DNA of 64,000 bases from Chlorokybus atmophyticus (GCA_009103225.1 RHPI01001327.1:186001-250000); one strand, 5' to 3'. Numbered from the stretch's first letter, positions 1 to 19,200 are shown. Notes: generated from the letters alone by a model not told the origin. Numbers and translations are program-made.

Positions 1-806
1 TGAGCACGTGGGTGCATGCGTGAGTGTGCTTTCAATAGCAATACGTGTGCGAACATGTGAGTATGTGTACACTGAGGTTATGTATATGCTTGCGCAACCG
101 ATGCAAAGGCCTTTGCATTGCAATGTTGACAAACAAACGAAACGATGTTGTTTGTGCAAGACGGAATGATGTGAATTGCAAGTTTTGAATGCCAAGGACA
201 ACATTGTAAAGTGCAATTGTCATGATATGTAACGAAAAAATAATTCTTCAATATTATATATCAATGTATAATAATTGTGAGTATTATACATTGCACAAAC
301 AAGATGAGATTATGACTACGACATGACAATAATGGATGCGTGCGTGGCTTGCATTACGTGTCACAAATAGGTAAATTGCAATTGTATTATAACATGCAAC
401 ATATGAACGAATACGCGTCATGGAACGGAATTCAATCGTGGTGTACACACATGCACAGTTGCAGTAAGTGTACTTCGATACGAATCATGGATACACGCTT
501 TTTCGCACTAACTTGCTGAATATGGTTGTCTTATGATACCAACAAAGCCACTACTTGGTGTGATGATTAAAGAAGCATCATTGGCCACCTATCGGCTATG
601 GTCGTTGAAATCGTCGGAGTTTTCAACTTGGAAACACACTGAAGCTCGCTCGTGTGCTTGCATGCTTATGCGGTTCAAGCGCAGAATGCTTACATGCAGA
701 ATAAGCCACTGCTGCTCTCAACGCCAGCAGCAGCAGCAGTAACAGGGAGAGCGGCGGCGGCGGCGGCGGCGGAGGACGGGGTGCACACACATACGGACAC
801 ACGCAC

Positions 807-3151
807 ATGGAGGTGGAGGCGAAGCAGGCAGAGGTTCTGGAGAGCTTCTGCCTGCTGGCCAAGGGCGCCCGTGGCAGGGCTTGCACACAGGTTGGCAGTT
901 GTTGTTGTTGTTGTTGTTGTCGGTTGTTTTTTTAAGGTGGAGTCTATGACTTGCAGTTGGTAATTTGCAGCTGAGGTCGCTAGAAGTTGTCGCTGTCGCT
1001 GTTGTTGCAGTGGTTTGCTAAGCTGCAACAAGAGCGGCAACGCCAACTTTGTTATACGTGTCAAGCATTTGTTAAACAGCGTTGCATGAGAAAAAAGGGA
1101 GGGGGCTTTGGAACGTGGCCATTTTTACAAGCCTAGTCAAGATATGTATCCTTTACACGTCAGGTTATTCTCTGCGTTACATGTATATATAATAAAATTG
1201 AACATTAACTGCGCACTTTCCGCTTATCTATGCTGCAGCTCATCACAGAGGCGACGTCACATCCAGGACTCTTTGCATTTGGCGAACTGCTTGACGCGCC
1301 GTCAATATCAGAGGTAAATGCAATGCATGAGATCTCTCGCTAAGGAGTTTACTAATTGATGCGTCACTTTGTTCCATCATGTCGCTCTCATGCTTCATGC
1401 ATTCATGAATGTACGTTTAGCGCATGCAAATCTCACACGGTGTTTTGAAACATTGTCTTAAGCATAGGGCATGGCATGATGTTGTCATAATCCGCATTGC
1501 TTTGTTATCCACTTGATCAACTTTGCCATGCATTGATTGTAATAAGCACATTGCAAGCAGTCCGGAGGCTTGCTGCTAAATTTTAAGTGAAACATTACAA
1601 CTGATACAGTATAACCTACTTGCTGCATAGGTTTGTCAGCATGTTGCAACCGAAGCTATTGTGAAGTCTTTACGCAAAGCATTTGTCATAGCATTACAGC
1701 AAGTGGCACTGTGTCTGTGAAGACACTTATAATGAGATATGTCATGAAACAATGAACGTGTGATTGAGGCAGCTATGTGATTGTTCCGCAGCTCGAAGGC
1801 ACCGAACACGCGCCGCATTTGCAGCTGTTGCGCCTTTTTGCACATGGCACCTGGGGCAATTACAAAGGTACTGGGTCATTTAACAACTACCACAATCTCA
1901 AAGCTGCTGCATTGTCGCGTTGCATGCAATTGTCTATGACACAACACATCTGTGTATGTGTATTTTCAGCTCTATCAAGTGAATTGCCGCCGCTTTTGCC
2001 CGCGCAGACGCTTAAACTGAAGCAGTTAACCGTTGTCTCGCTCGCAGATCACAGCAAAGTGAGTTGAACGTAGTTGTTGCTGTTACTGTTGTTATTGTCA
2101 CGGCTTTGTTGCAGCTGATACTTCACACAGGTTCTTTCTTATGACCTGCTTATGCGGGAGCTTGATGTGAGCAGCATACGTGACCTTGAGGACTTGCTTA
2201 TCAACGACTGCATGTATGTGGTAAGACAGTTGTTGGTACTAACAGAAACCAACGAGTATTGTTCATGCGTGCAACAACACATATTACTAATGGATGCGCT
2301 GATGTGCTAACATTGCGTGACACTATTGCTTGTAAACAGGGAATCCTTAGGGGCAAGCTTGATCAGCGTAGCAGGTGCTTTGAGGTGAGAAATCAGAATA
2401 ACACACATATAAATATGTAACATTGGAGTGGATACCAGTGAAGTCAATGCTGGTTGGTTTGTTGTGTGACGTATAGATTACTTAAATTGTTTGTGACAAT
2501 GATGCTGGCCTTCTGTTTCTTGATGTGCACAGGTGCATTTTGCGGTCGGGCGCGACCTCCGGCCAGGACAGATAAATGAATTGATAGACTCCCTTCACAA
2601 CTGGCAAGTGGCATGTGTGCTTTTGCGTTGTTGTGTAGCAGCTGTCTATGTCATATGCATCATCATTCATTGATTATATGAGTAAGTGTTTGTATTCTTA
2701 CCTGCAGGGTGAGGACATCAGAGGAGCTTATGCAAAGCATAAGAGGTCAGATAAGTTGGGCCGCGGAAACCACGCAGGCTGGCGCGAAGCACAAAGCCAC
2801 TGTGGAGGCCGTTGCCGAGGAGGTTCGCAAGAGCTTGAAGGTGAGTTGAGTTGTTGTATTGTGTGGTTTGTTTGACATGAGATTCGTAATGTTTGCATGG
2901 TGATGATGTCGTGTTATTCTTGTAGGCAGAACAAGACATGAAGAACCAGCCTGATGGGTTTGGTGATGGCGCGGCGTCCATGGATTATGTTGAAGAAGAG
3001 CGGCCCGGTCGACCGAAAAGGTGTGGGAAGAAGAACTGCTAGCAAACTTTTGTATGCCGTGTGCGTGTGCATGTGTGTGTACACTTGCGGTTTTTTGTTC
3101 AACTTACAAGCATTTTGTTGTGTGCTTATCATGATGTGCAGGAGACGATAA
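807..3151 (+). CDS. CSN7: COP9 signalosome subunit 7 (PCI domain), about 10 exons
   Basis: Spliced exons give MEVEAKQAEVLESFCLLAKGARGRACTQ (807-890) / LITEATSHPGLFAFGELLDAPSISE (1239-1313) / LEGTEHAPHLQLLRLFAHGTWGNYK (1792-1867) / ...LKLKQLTVVSLA / VLSYDLLMRELDVSSIRDLEDLLINDCMY / GILRGKLDQ...FE / ...GRDLRPGQ, ending RPKRR-TAA at 3149-3151. These are the characteristic CSN7 motifs. Confidence 0.93.
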
Positions 3152-4141
3152 TGGCACACAGACGTGATCGTGGTGGTGTCGTGCATGCGGGTTTAGTGTA
3201 ACAACATCTGTCTCACCTGACATCAACATTCGTGGCGATCTAGGGCATTTGCAGCAGCAGTGCAGCGCAGGTCGGAAACATGCAGCGTACTTGGGTGCCC
3301 ATCAGATGTGTATGTAAAAGCGCTTCTCAGCACAAACGGTTCGCTCATGGTGTACGTGCATTCAGCAAATCGTGGCATGCATGCATGCATGCAAAACTGC
3401 ATGCAGCCACTTCTTCGAATTATGCATGGTGGAGGTTCGGTCAACAAGAAAAAGAGAGCACAGTATGGTTGTTGTGGTACACGCAGCTATGCACATATTC
3501 TGCATGGAGATTTTATGTGGTTATTTGCATCAGACCACAAATGGTCATGGGCTCGCTCACAATGCGTCAAGATGTTAAACAATGTCGAGTCAGAACTGCA
3601 AAACCACACCCGGAAAACTTGCCAGCTGTGCAGAGCGGTGGTTACATGCACGAGCTGAAGCAGACATTCCTGCACTGTTGACCACCTATCAGGAGTGTGC
3701 TATCATGGGAGTTCATTCATGTCAATAGCAACATTTATAAGTGCGGCTTGTTAAGCCGCACTTTGACCAACCCTCTATCGTCTTCCTTTGCATTTTTCAT
3801 TTTGTGTTCTGCTTGCTTTTTTTCAGCCATTAAATATGCTGGGCTTATCAGGGTTTGAAGCCAATACAAACAACATTGCTACCAACGCCTTTGACCACCC
3901 TCTCCCCACGAACGGCCGCACCAGTTGCATATGACTTGCTGTACACAACTAGAACCACAGTCGTATGTAACTCGACCACCACAAAGCATTGTTATTACGG
4001 ACAACACAAACCATGTGATGCAGCTCTGGTTGCGCACATGCAATCAGTCTGTTGCACATGTTCCATCGTTGTCTGAAATGTCGTGTATTTGTGCACGATC
4101 ATGCACATCGTCTTCTGCTACACGAACAACTGCACACGCAC

Positions 4142-6999
<2,858 letters not shown>

Positions 7000-7286
7000 G
7001 GCTGCCAGCCGCCCAGCCAACCTTCTCCCGTCCGCCACCTCTGCTTAGCTATACTTCAGCTTGCACCAGCGGGTCAAGCGGTCCGACTAGATTACACACC
7101 CATGACGACGTTCCCCTGAGCGACAACCACGCCGCCGCCGCCGCCGCCGCCGCCGCTTGGTAGACCAGCGTTTTGGCTTCGGCCAGCGTGGAAACAGGCC
7201 CAAGCCAACTCTCTAGCGACAATAAAATCGATGCAAGTCTCGCTGCCTACAGCGTCATACGCGTCGCACACTGCAGAACGTCTGCA

Positions 7287-7323
7287 AGTGTCACGGCTGG
7301 GCGTTACAGTGTCACGGCTGGGC
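7287..7323. promoter_or_regulatory. 16-bp direct repeat (AGTGTCACGGCTGGGC x2) in the divergent DIM1 / Rossmann-protein intergenic region
   Basis: Exact copies at 7287-7302 and 7308-7323. A regulatory role is inferred only from position. Confidence 0.35.
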
Positions 7324-7434
7324 ACATTGTGCAGAAGCCATAATCGTAGCTTGCAGGGATTCGCTAACGTTTACAGTCGCTATTACTGCGAGACAGCTTT
7401 CTGTGCAAAGCACAAGCACTCCCAGGCGTTGGCG

Positions 7435-9449
<2,015 letters not shown>

Positions 9450-9926
9450 GAGATGTTGTGTTGGGTAGTGTTAGCTTGTGTTGTTAAACAACAGTTTTGT
9501 CCATGAACAAATCGTTGCGAGCGTATCCACGCAGTTTGGGAATGAATAATGTTGCCTCGTGTGTTTTGGCCCCAAGAGTTGATTGGGACGAACCTGAGTC
9601 GGATTGTCTTGTGTAATTGTGTCCTGCCAAGTTTATGGGATTGTTTGATATGCGTACGTACGCGCCCACACGCACACTGTGCGATGCACAGCGCATGCTG
9701 CGATATGCCACTCACACTGCACAGCATTTGGGCCAGCACATGTCGTTGCCAAAGCTGCAGATTTCATGCTCCAAAACTCTAGTCAACGCTTGGTGTACAC
9801 ATTGTGAAAATCTCTTGAACTACTTGTTTACAGTGACACACTTCAGCATCACCATGCAGATTGCTTCATGTCGACAGCAATGGTCATTGACAATGGTCAA
9901 TTATTGATGATGAGGTACTATTGTAT

Positions 9927-12459
9927 TCAGCCCCGTGACTTGACATCATCAGTTTGGTCTGGGGCAAGCGCAGGTCTCTGCTCAATCACCTCATCTACCA
10001 GACCAAACGCCTTTGCCTCTGCCGCAGACATGAAGTTGTCGCGCTCCATCGATGTCTCTGCGAGGCAGGAGCAGTGATGGTCAATAATTATGCCATGAGA
10101 TGTACAACTAAGCAAATGGGTGCGTAACCCAGTTGAAGAGTTTAAAGTGATGGCGCTCTGTATGTGCTGCAAAGCAAACACAGTCACAAACCGTGCAACT
10201 GTGTACACGTATTTATGTAAACGTATGGGCGCGCGCATGTGCACACACACACACGCGCGCACACACACGTACACTCGCGTGCACGCACGCACCCGGTCAC
10301 CCGGACACATGCACGCGCCTGTGCGCACGTGTGCGTGTGAGAGTATTTGGCATATGTAATTGTATGCCTGTGTGCGCGTGTACATACTGAAAACTCACAT
10401 CCACATAAGCATATACTCGATGTTTGTTCACCTATCGATTGTACGTCTTGCCCGGTGTGTTTGGCGTACAGCTTGTTGAGGCGCGATCGCATGTCGAGGA
10501 TCTCTCGCGCGTGGATCGCAATGTCGCTCGCCTGCCCTTGCACACCTCCCAACGGCTACACAACACGTACAGAGAAACATATCGACCATCGAGCCACAGC
10601 GAGACCACAACACGGACCAGCACGACCGCACCAAGTGAATGAGCACATACCCGCATGTTATGAGAGAGATGAGTGCGCGCACATGCGTGTGTGTCCAGGT
10701 GTGCATGACACAACGACAACAACAGCAAGAACACCCACTCACAAGCACGCGCGCGCGCATGTACACATACCTGGTGCACCATCATGCGTGCATTGGGCAG
10801 CGATCGCCGCTGCGTTGGTGCGCCCGCCGCCAGTATCAGCGTCGCCATTGACGACGCTTGTCCCAAGCAAAGCGTCGTCACATCGCACCGTACATACTAC
10901 AAACATGCAGCACAACATCACAACAACGACCCAACATGATATTGGGGCTTGCTAGGCTTGTGTGATTGATAACTACCAACATGAGCAACAACCACATGCC
11001 TGCATGGTGTCATATATGGCGAGGCCGGCAGTGACAAGGCCACCCGGGGAGTTTATGTACAGATTTATCTGCACACATCAGAGCAGCAATCAGTGAGAAA
11101 CTGATGTGAGAGAAAGACTGCACGAGTCCATGACGACGTGGGAGAGATAAATGTTGCTGTATCACTTAAGCGGCCGCACTACTATGCTTTCGCACAACTT
11201 TACAGCAAGTATGGCACGTGCTATGACGCAGCAGCGGGACGTGCAATGCATTGAAGAGTTTTCAACGCAATGCTTCATGTTGGAGGCAAACACATACATG
11301 CATATGAGCGCGCATGCACCAATGCGTACGTGCGTGGGCACATACGTGCGTGCACACGTACGTGGGTGCATTGGTGCGGTGGGGATGCGTGTGCGTGTCT
11401 GCGTGTGCGAGCATGCGTATGTGTAGGTGCGCATATGTGCAGGTGGTACGCGCAACCACATACCCACGCACCCAGCGCGCACACACGCATGCACAAACAA
11501 ACACATACCCACGCAGACACGGATGCGCGCACCCATGCCCGCACAAAGCAACAAACAGAAAGTCACAATAAACAAAACACGCAGCCATTGTAAACCTGCT
11601 ACGTACAGATCGTACACATCCTCGTGTAACAAGATTGCAACAATACCATGATCATGTATGTGTCTAGATGTGTGCTTCTGACCGGTTTTTCAGGGTTGTC
11701 AGACTCTAGGTATAGCAGCTGCGCAACAACGACAGAGGCCATGTCGTCCGATATCGGCCCGTTCACGCAGATGATCCGCTCCTTCAGCAGCCTCGAATAG
11801 ATATCAAACACCCTCTCCCCTGCACACACACACACACACACACACACCATCAATACGCAAAAACAAACACATGAACCAGAGTAGCATCATGATTACAGTA
11901 ACACCAGACAACCGATTGTCAAGTGTGTGGTATACACAGTTGCATAACCGAAAAGTGACTCCTACGAAGTGTTGCGGAGGATTTCATCAGTCTGGTCTGA
12001 AATACATGCTGCATGCTGGCAAGGCTATGAACTCACTCACTCACTGCAACGCAGGAGCTGGCACCCACAATATCCGTTCTGTACAAAACGATGCACACAA
12101 TAGCATGGGAACTATCTACGAGGACCGCATGGTTCATTGAGCTTTCGTCATGGTAGACTGCAATCAGGTGCTGCCCCTTGCTTGGCGCGTGTTGCATTGG
12201 TGAAGTTGATAATCAGTACGTGATGCTACCAGCATTATGACAAAAGAATGGCGATGGTTGAAGTGGCAATCGTGAGGAACTCAATGGTGATGTATGCAAT
12301 CGAGCTGGGCACACCTCTAGAGGTTTGTTCAATGACCATAGGTATGAGCCCCAGCCCGCGCCTCTGATTGCTTATCACCCTTCCTCCTCCCTCTCCGCCT
12401 CCCCTCCAGCCCGACCCGACCCTCCTCAGCAGCGTCCTGGACGACGATCTAAGCGCCAT
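9927..12459 (-). CDS. CLPP: ATP-dependent Clp protease proteolytic subunit, probably mitochondrial (ClpP2-type)
   Basis: R-rich presequence, then [12 protein letters not shown] / [22 protein letters not shown] / [10 protein letters not shown]...GLAIYDTMQ / [10 protein letters not shown] (catalytic Ser) ...PNARMMVHQ (His) / [10 protein letters not shown] / MERDNFMSA (Asp). Confidence 0.94.
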
Positions 12460-13262
12460 CGGCGGCAACGAGGACGACACGAATATAGCGGCCGCCGCCC
12501 GCCGCCGCCGCCGCCGCCGCCGCCGCTACCGACGCAGGACACAGGCATGCAGAGTGTTTGACGCAGGCACCAAGGCAAGTTGCGCAGTGTAGTAGTGCCT
12601 AGTGACTGTGTGGAGGTGTGTGCTTATTGCGAGGTTGCGTTCATCCCACCAGTGAGTCTTGTGTGTACACATAATTTTCGAGGGACGCTTGTGTTTACAG
12701 ACATCCAAGGTTCTGTGTGCGCTATACAGAATGGTGCTCGGAAACCTGGCTGTTGACTAAGGACCTATTGCTGTTGACTCATGTTACCGGCGAGGAACTA
12801 CTCTCTATTGTTGTGATACAGCACAGCGTGCAATGCATACGTGGTATACACACTGTACGTCCACAACTGCTGCCTGTGGAATGTTGTATCTTGCAGCCCA
12901 AGCACTCTGCTAAGATCAAGCTTTCATCAGTCGTAGCATACGAAGTATGCTCTCTTGACACACATGCATTGCAATAGAGCGCAGACGCAGCGACGCAGCA
13001 GCGGGAGGGAAGGCTACAGTGGCCGCTTTTCTGGTGGTACTAGTCTTGAAATTACTAGTACACTGAACTGGGGTGCCAAGCTCTATACTATACTCAATAC
13101 ACTGTACTACATGCAGCGTATCTAGCTGAGTACTCAACATTACCATTCTTATCACACGAGATGCCAAATGATATGGTACATGTCGCGAAGAATGCACCCA
13201 TGCACGCGCACAGGCAGCGGGTGCACACACGCACACATAAGTGCATGTGTGCGTGCCAAGTG

Positions 13263-16200
13263 CTAGTGCTTGACAAGGTTCCACAGCGTGTTGGTGCTGG
13301 CGTTGCCATGCTGGCTCTTGTTGAGTTCGGGGAAGCCGCCACCAGGCAGCACGTCCGACTGGTCCACATAAGGGTTGACCAGGGCCTCCAGCTGCAGAGA
13401 GAGACAACAACAGAAAGGGGATGATGAAATGGTCGTACCCGAGAAAGACAACGCGACTAAGTCCGATACAGGTCCGGGGCACCGCCGCCGGGCAGCATCT
13501 CCGAATGATCAGTATGCGGGTCCACAAACACCTCAAGCTGCCGGAAACACAACACAGAACAGAGCGCTAACGTCACGCGCACGCACAAGTAACCGCGATA
13601 CGCAAGCACGCTCTTGACTACAACATCATCGCGCGCACACACTCGTACACGCGCGCACACGTACATGAGTCTGCAACGCTGACTTTCACAGGACGCAACA
13701 CCCAACCATCGATGTGTCTATAAATGGCATGTACTTTACCTGTTGGAGCGGTATGGTTTCAATCTCATCCTGGCTGTGAAGTCTTTGTCGTGGCACAATG
13801 GGAAGCACGTGGTCATTCCTGCGAGGGATGACTTCGAGAGGGTTGTAGGCAGACCCTGGGCTGAACAGCACCTGACAACAGATGGCAAGGAGAGTGTTGA
13901 TTTTTGGCTGCATGATAATCAACAACAACTAAGGCTATAAGAACCCAAACACACCTCGACTTGGAACCGTTGAGGATCCTTTGGATCCAGATCCATGTTC
14001 TCATACATGCGAAAGACGATGTGCGTCAAGTAGTCCAACTCACCAGTTTCAACCTGCAGGCCAACAGTTTAAGCAACAAACGTTGTGATGACCTACAAAG
14101 GAAGTGTGATAGGTAATCAAGCACTCATACCAGCATATGCTGGGCTTGGTCGCAAACAACTGGGGGCCACATCAACGCCTCCCCGTCCGCGCACGGCGGA
14201 TCCAAGTGGCAATACCGCAAGACATTGATCAACGAGTGTATGTGCGACTCCTGCAAATCAAAAAATGAGCATGGAACCAACGTCAAGCCCATTTGACAGG
14301 ACACAACCCACTCATCAACCTACCGAGGTGAAGTAGATGCGCGTGCGAACGTGCCGGTTGGGGCTCTTCACGCCTTTAGCGTATCTGGTGTCCAGCTTGT
14401 AAGGGCGGGGCCCGCCATCATCCTCGTCACCCCCGCCGGCGCCTGGGATGCCGACAACATCGGTGTCCGCGGATATCCTGCCGGCGGAGCTCCCGCTGTC
14501 GGACATCGAGCTCGCCATCTCCCCCTGACCCGTCGACACCCTCCGCGGGATGGTGGGCGTCACGAGGGGCGGTGCGTCTGGCTGCTCTTGGCTGTATTGC
14601 AACACCTGCCATACATGCACAAGTGTTTAGCACACATGTGATGGGTACATGCCTCCTTGTCATTGGTTGTCACTCACTTGTGCAGGCAATCACACACACC
14701 GAGCTCACCTCTAAGCTTTCGTTTCGGGTATTGTTGAGATCGATGATTAGCTTGCGCAGCAACTTGTTGCAGATGAGCGCTCCTATCTTGAGCTTCTGCG
14801 ACGGGTCAATGCCATACTCGTTCGGGATGACTCCATCAGCCAACACTTTCGCCACAGCATACAGCTCGTCAAGGCCAGTCAAGCCCAGATGGCTGTTGTG
14901 CAGCGAGTCGTACTTGACTGAGTCGTAGATGTCCGGTATCTTACTAATGTCGAAGCGGCCTTTCCTTTCGTTGTAAATATCGTTCTGCAACTTGCTCCAT
15001 CGCGCGTGCATCAGCAGGAAACTCTCACCTAACATGGCAATGCACTTGAGAAATGTGGCATGAGGTTATGCTAGTGCCACAATACAACAAGTACAACTGC
15101 AACACATTTGTCAGAGCATACCTCCACAAGGAGCGCAGCCATGCTCCTGATGTCCATGCCAGTCATCTGTCGTGTGGTCCGGCATCATCAACATCCCTGG
15201 CACATCAAGCTCATCGTCGCTTCCGCTGCCGCTGCTCTTGGTGGAGTTGGGGTTGGCGCCGCTGGGAGCCGTGATATGCACACCAAACACCGACAGGCTG
15301 CCTTTCCTGCGATGACCCTCCAGCGGCGAAGGCAAACCCTCCAGCATCGCACGGCAGTGACCGTGCAGTTGCTCTGTTAAACTCTTGATTAACTCAACCT
15401 GAACATTGAGCCAAACAACCACATCAACACGCTGCAATGATGAACATTACTCCCACACATGGCGCTGAGCACAGGGAGAAGATGATGTCTATACCAGTCT
15501 GTGCAGAGTTTCTTCAGAACTTGCGGGCATGGCAGATGGCAGCGGGACAGCTAGGACACTCCCGGGCGAGCGTGGCGTTTGGACTGCAGCCTCGGGCTGA
15601 TCGAGTGTGTTACCATCGTACGCGGGAAGGGGCAGGCTATCAGCGAGGGACATGAAGTCAGGTCCTGATGCGCTCGAATTGCCAGCCCACGGTGGTTTCA
15701 TTGGCGAGGGCGCAGGAGACGGGTCGTCTCTTGCGCTCCAGCTGTGCGGACGATACGGCACGCCCGTGATGGTTGTGTATAGCTGCGCCTTGGCTTTGCG
15801 TATCTCATCATCCGCCCCGCTGCCAACGTAATCCAACATCGCCGCATCCTTGCTCACCAAGCTCACCTAAGACAAGGTGTGTCACCATACACATGCACAC
15901 ACGACCACTGTGCAATGCGATAACTCATCAAACAATTCACACGATACCAGTATTGGTGTAAGCGGGCCTTCAAGGTCAAGCAAGCCTTTGGCAAACGCCG
16001 CAGCCGACATCTGCACGCGGCCTTCATCGGATGTGTACAGCTTCAAGTCATGGCGATACGTGCTGTGCAACCTCAGGAGCCCTGTCCCTTGTTCGCCTGA
16101 CACTCGCAAATGCAACGAGCCCAGTATCAAATCACCAGCACTCAGAGCACACCGCCATGCTATGCTGCATGTGAGACAGGCAAGCGAATGCGCATATGGA

Positions 16201-19200
16201 CATATTAGATACCTGGATACATGTTGAGACGGAAGTCATTGCCAAGTGTTTCAGCTTGCTTGCGCCCAGCATGTGTCAGGACACCGCCATACTTTAGAAT
16301 CAGCAACGCCTGCGGCAATGACCGGATGAACAAGAGGTGCGTGGGAGCTGATCATCAAGTGCATGACATGCGTGAGAGCAGCTGCCAACATACTTGCGTG
16401 ACTTTTTCTTCACTGTCGACCTCTGTCCAAGCCATGGGCTTGAGCTGAACCTAAACAATTACCAACCATAAGCAGGTCAGTAAGGTTACTCAGCTTTGAA
16501 ATTGTTGTTAGTGTTAAAGGAACGGATGGAGTGTGCCGTTCAATGGCAACGCAACCTTGCGATTGATGCCAGAGAAAGAGCCTCCTTCTTCCAGCACTGC
16601 CTTCACATGCAACAACTGTTCAATGACCTCCTCGTTCTCGTCCTCTTCTACCACGCAATTTTCTGCTTCACCCCCATACCTGAAGCCAGGTTGCAAAGAT
16701 GATTGGTAGCTGCATTGTGCGCAATATCAACAGGCAGATGCATGCTCACTTCTTTGGTAGCAATGAACGCGTGGCATCCAGCAGATCCTGCAGCTGCACA
16801 GCGCTCTTCAGCTTTGCCTCTGAGCGTGTTTTGCCCCCATTGTATTTCATCAGTATGTCCAGATACAATGGCTGCGTGACCAACATCTTCATCTTTTGTT
16901 TGGGAGTGCGGTCGCCACTAAGCGTGTGCCACACAAAGATGAATTCAGCAGCGGAGCACTGCTAGCAAGAAATTAGCATAAATATGAAGTTGTACAGATA
17001 CGCTTACTGGCGCACAACAACAAGCACACAGCGCAGCTCGAGGCTCGACAGCGCTGACGGTTTCCCAAGCGGAGTGCCCAAAGCCTCACGCTTGTCATCA
17101 CCATACCCGTCTATAGATGTACCTGCTAGATCAGGTTGTTGTATTGGTCAGTCGCTCGCATGGCAGACAAGACAATGACAAACATCTCATTCACTCATAC
17201 CTGGTGAGACAGCAACACTGCCTGAGGACATGGTTGGCACCAGGGCTGGTGGCAGCCGCAAGAGGCGGTGTGGTGCGAGTGCCTTCAGAGCCATTGACCG
17301 CAACAAGCAAGCCGCATCATCATAATACTTGTGGGAGTTCTTGACAAAACTCCAACCGTTGACATCGCAGACGTATGATTTGCCCTTTGACCGTAACAGG
17401 TCAAAGCCGCATACCTGCAACACCGCTTGTTGAATGTGCCTATCCGCCAACAAGCATGCCAACCAACACAGCCCAAGAAGAAGCGTACCGACTGCTTGAA
17501 TGCCTGACACACTTGCCGCGCAATCTCTTTCTCTTCGGGTGTGAGCAGGACTGGAAATCTGACCTGCGAAGCAATGCGCACGTTCGGCATTGCTGCAGCT
17601 ATATAGCTCAGTGTAGACAAGTAGAGAATGTTGCGCCTCACGCTTGACGCACGCTTGTTCACCTCTTTTCCATCAGCACTACGGACAACGCGCCCATCAA
17701 CTGTTGGGGCTTTGCGTGCCTCTGCATGAGCATAGTCGGGGCCAACAGTGTACACCTACAGTGTCAACAGGGTGAGGGGGGTGTCGTAATGGTTGTAAGG
17801 TATTGCCTTCAATGAGCAGCATAAGCAGCGCCAATACAACATGTGATGAGCACCTTCACGTCTGTGCCACCAGTTGGCATGAATGTTTCATAAATAAACG
17901 AGCCGTTCCTGCGTACTTTGTTCTGGTCCGCATTGAAATCGCTGGACCTATCACCCACCTGGTTTTCAGAGTGCCAGTGTAAGTAGCAACACAGCACTCA
18001 CAGCACACTTGCCGTTTTGCCATCAGTCACCTTGCGAAACAAGCTCTTCATTCCACCTCCAACGGAAGAGGGGTAGTAGATGTTCACGCGATGGTCTTCA
18101 CCTGCGTGTTTACAATGGTATTGTAAGCAAACATGACACGTGGTGCATAAGCTCTGCTGCATGTGCTGGCTGTACCGTCTGCGGGTTTCTCCACAAAAGG
18201 TTTCGTGATGCGCACGCCATCCAGCTCTACGTACTCGGGGTCTTCAATGAACCGAGCCTCATTCACTGGAAACCTTCTGTCGCCCTCATCTCGGTTGACA
18301 ATGATGTGCTCAGGCGTCGTGATGCCATGCTTGCGCAGCAGCTGATATTAACACACCATACATGTCAAGGCAACAACACAGCTACGGTCTATCTGGCTGC
18401 ATGTGCGCTTGTTGCAACACACTTACGCTGTACATAATACGCCTGTCATACAACGAGCGCTGCTCAGGCAGATCATTGAACAGGAAGGGCCTGCACGCAC
18501 ATGCAAAGTAAGCTTCCATCATGCTATACACACACTTGGAGCACAATGATAGATGATACAACCGTCACAACACCTTCTGAGCTTAGCGTATGCTTCTGCC
18601 TTGTGCAGAGGGAAGCCATAAGAGAAGAAGGCAATGAGGCAGTGGCAAGCAGGCCAGCTTTCCACAGGCTGTTCCAGTATCATCTGATCCCCGAATATGA
18701 TGACCTGCTCGCCAAGACAGCAGCATCTTTAGGCTTGCCAGCTGCGGCTGTGCTACACCCAAGAACCAACTGGACCGACCCACTGACCTCAAAGTCGCCA
18801 AACGCCCGTATTCTCTCAAGTATTTGCTGCATAGGTTTGGACCGCGCCTGCATGCCAATGCACGTTTTGCAGCAAGTCAAGCCGTAATCATACCCACTGG
18901 TACCTGGGGCTTACTCAACTGGCAATGAACAGAAGTCTCTAACGACAGCGTGGGCAAGTACTGCAGCATGTGAGTGCATTGTAGTACACACGCAAACAGT
19001 GTGACGGGTCAATTCAATACAAGACCGGGTTCAGTAATCGTCAGCTGCTGTGGCAAGGTACGCAAAGCACCAGCAGCTTGCTGACAATCCAAAAGCATCA
19101 ACTTCCCTCATAAGCAACCCTTGAATCAACAGTAGTATAAGTTCAATTACGTTGAGTGATTGTCATTATGCTCAAATACCCTGGCTTGGGCAACAAAGCT

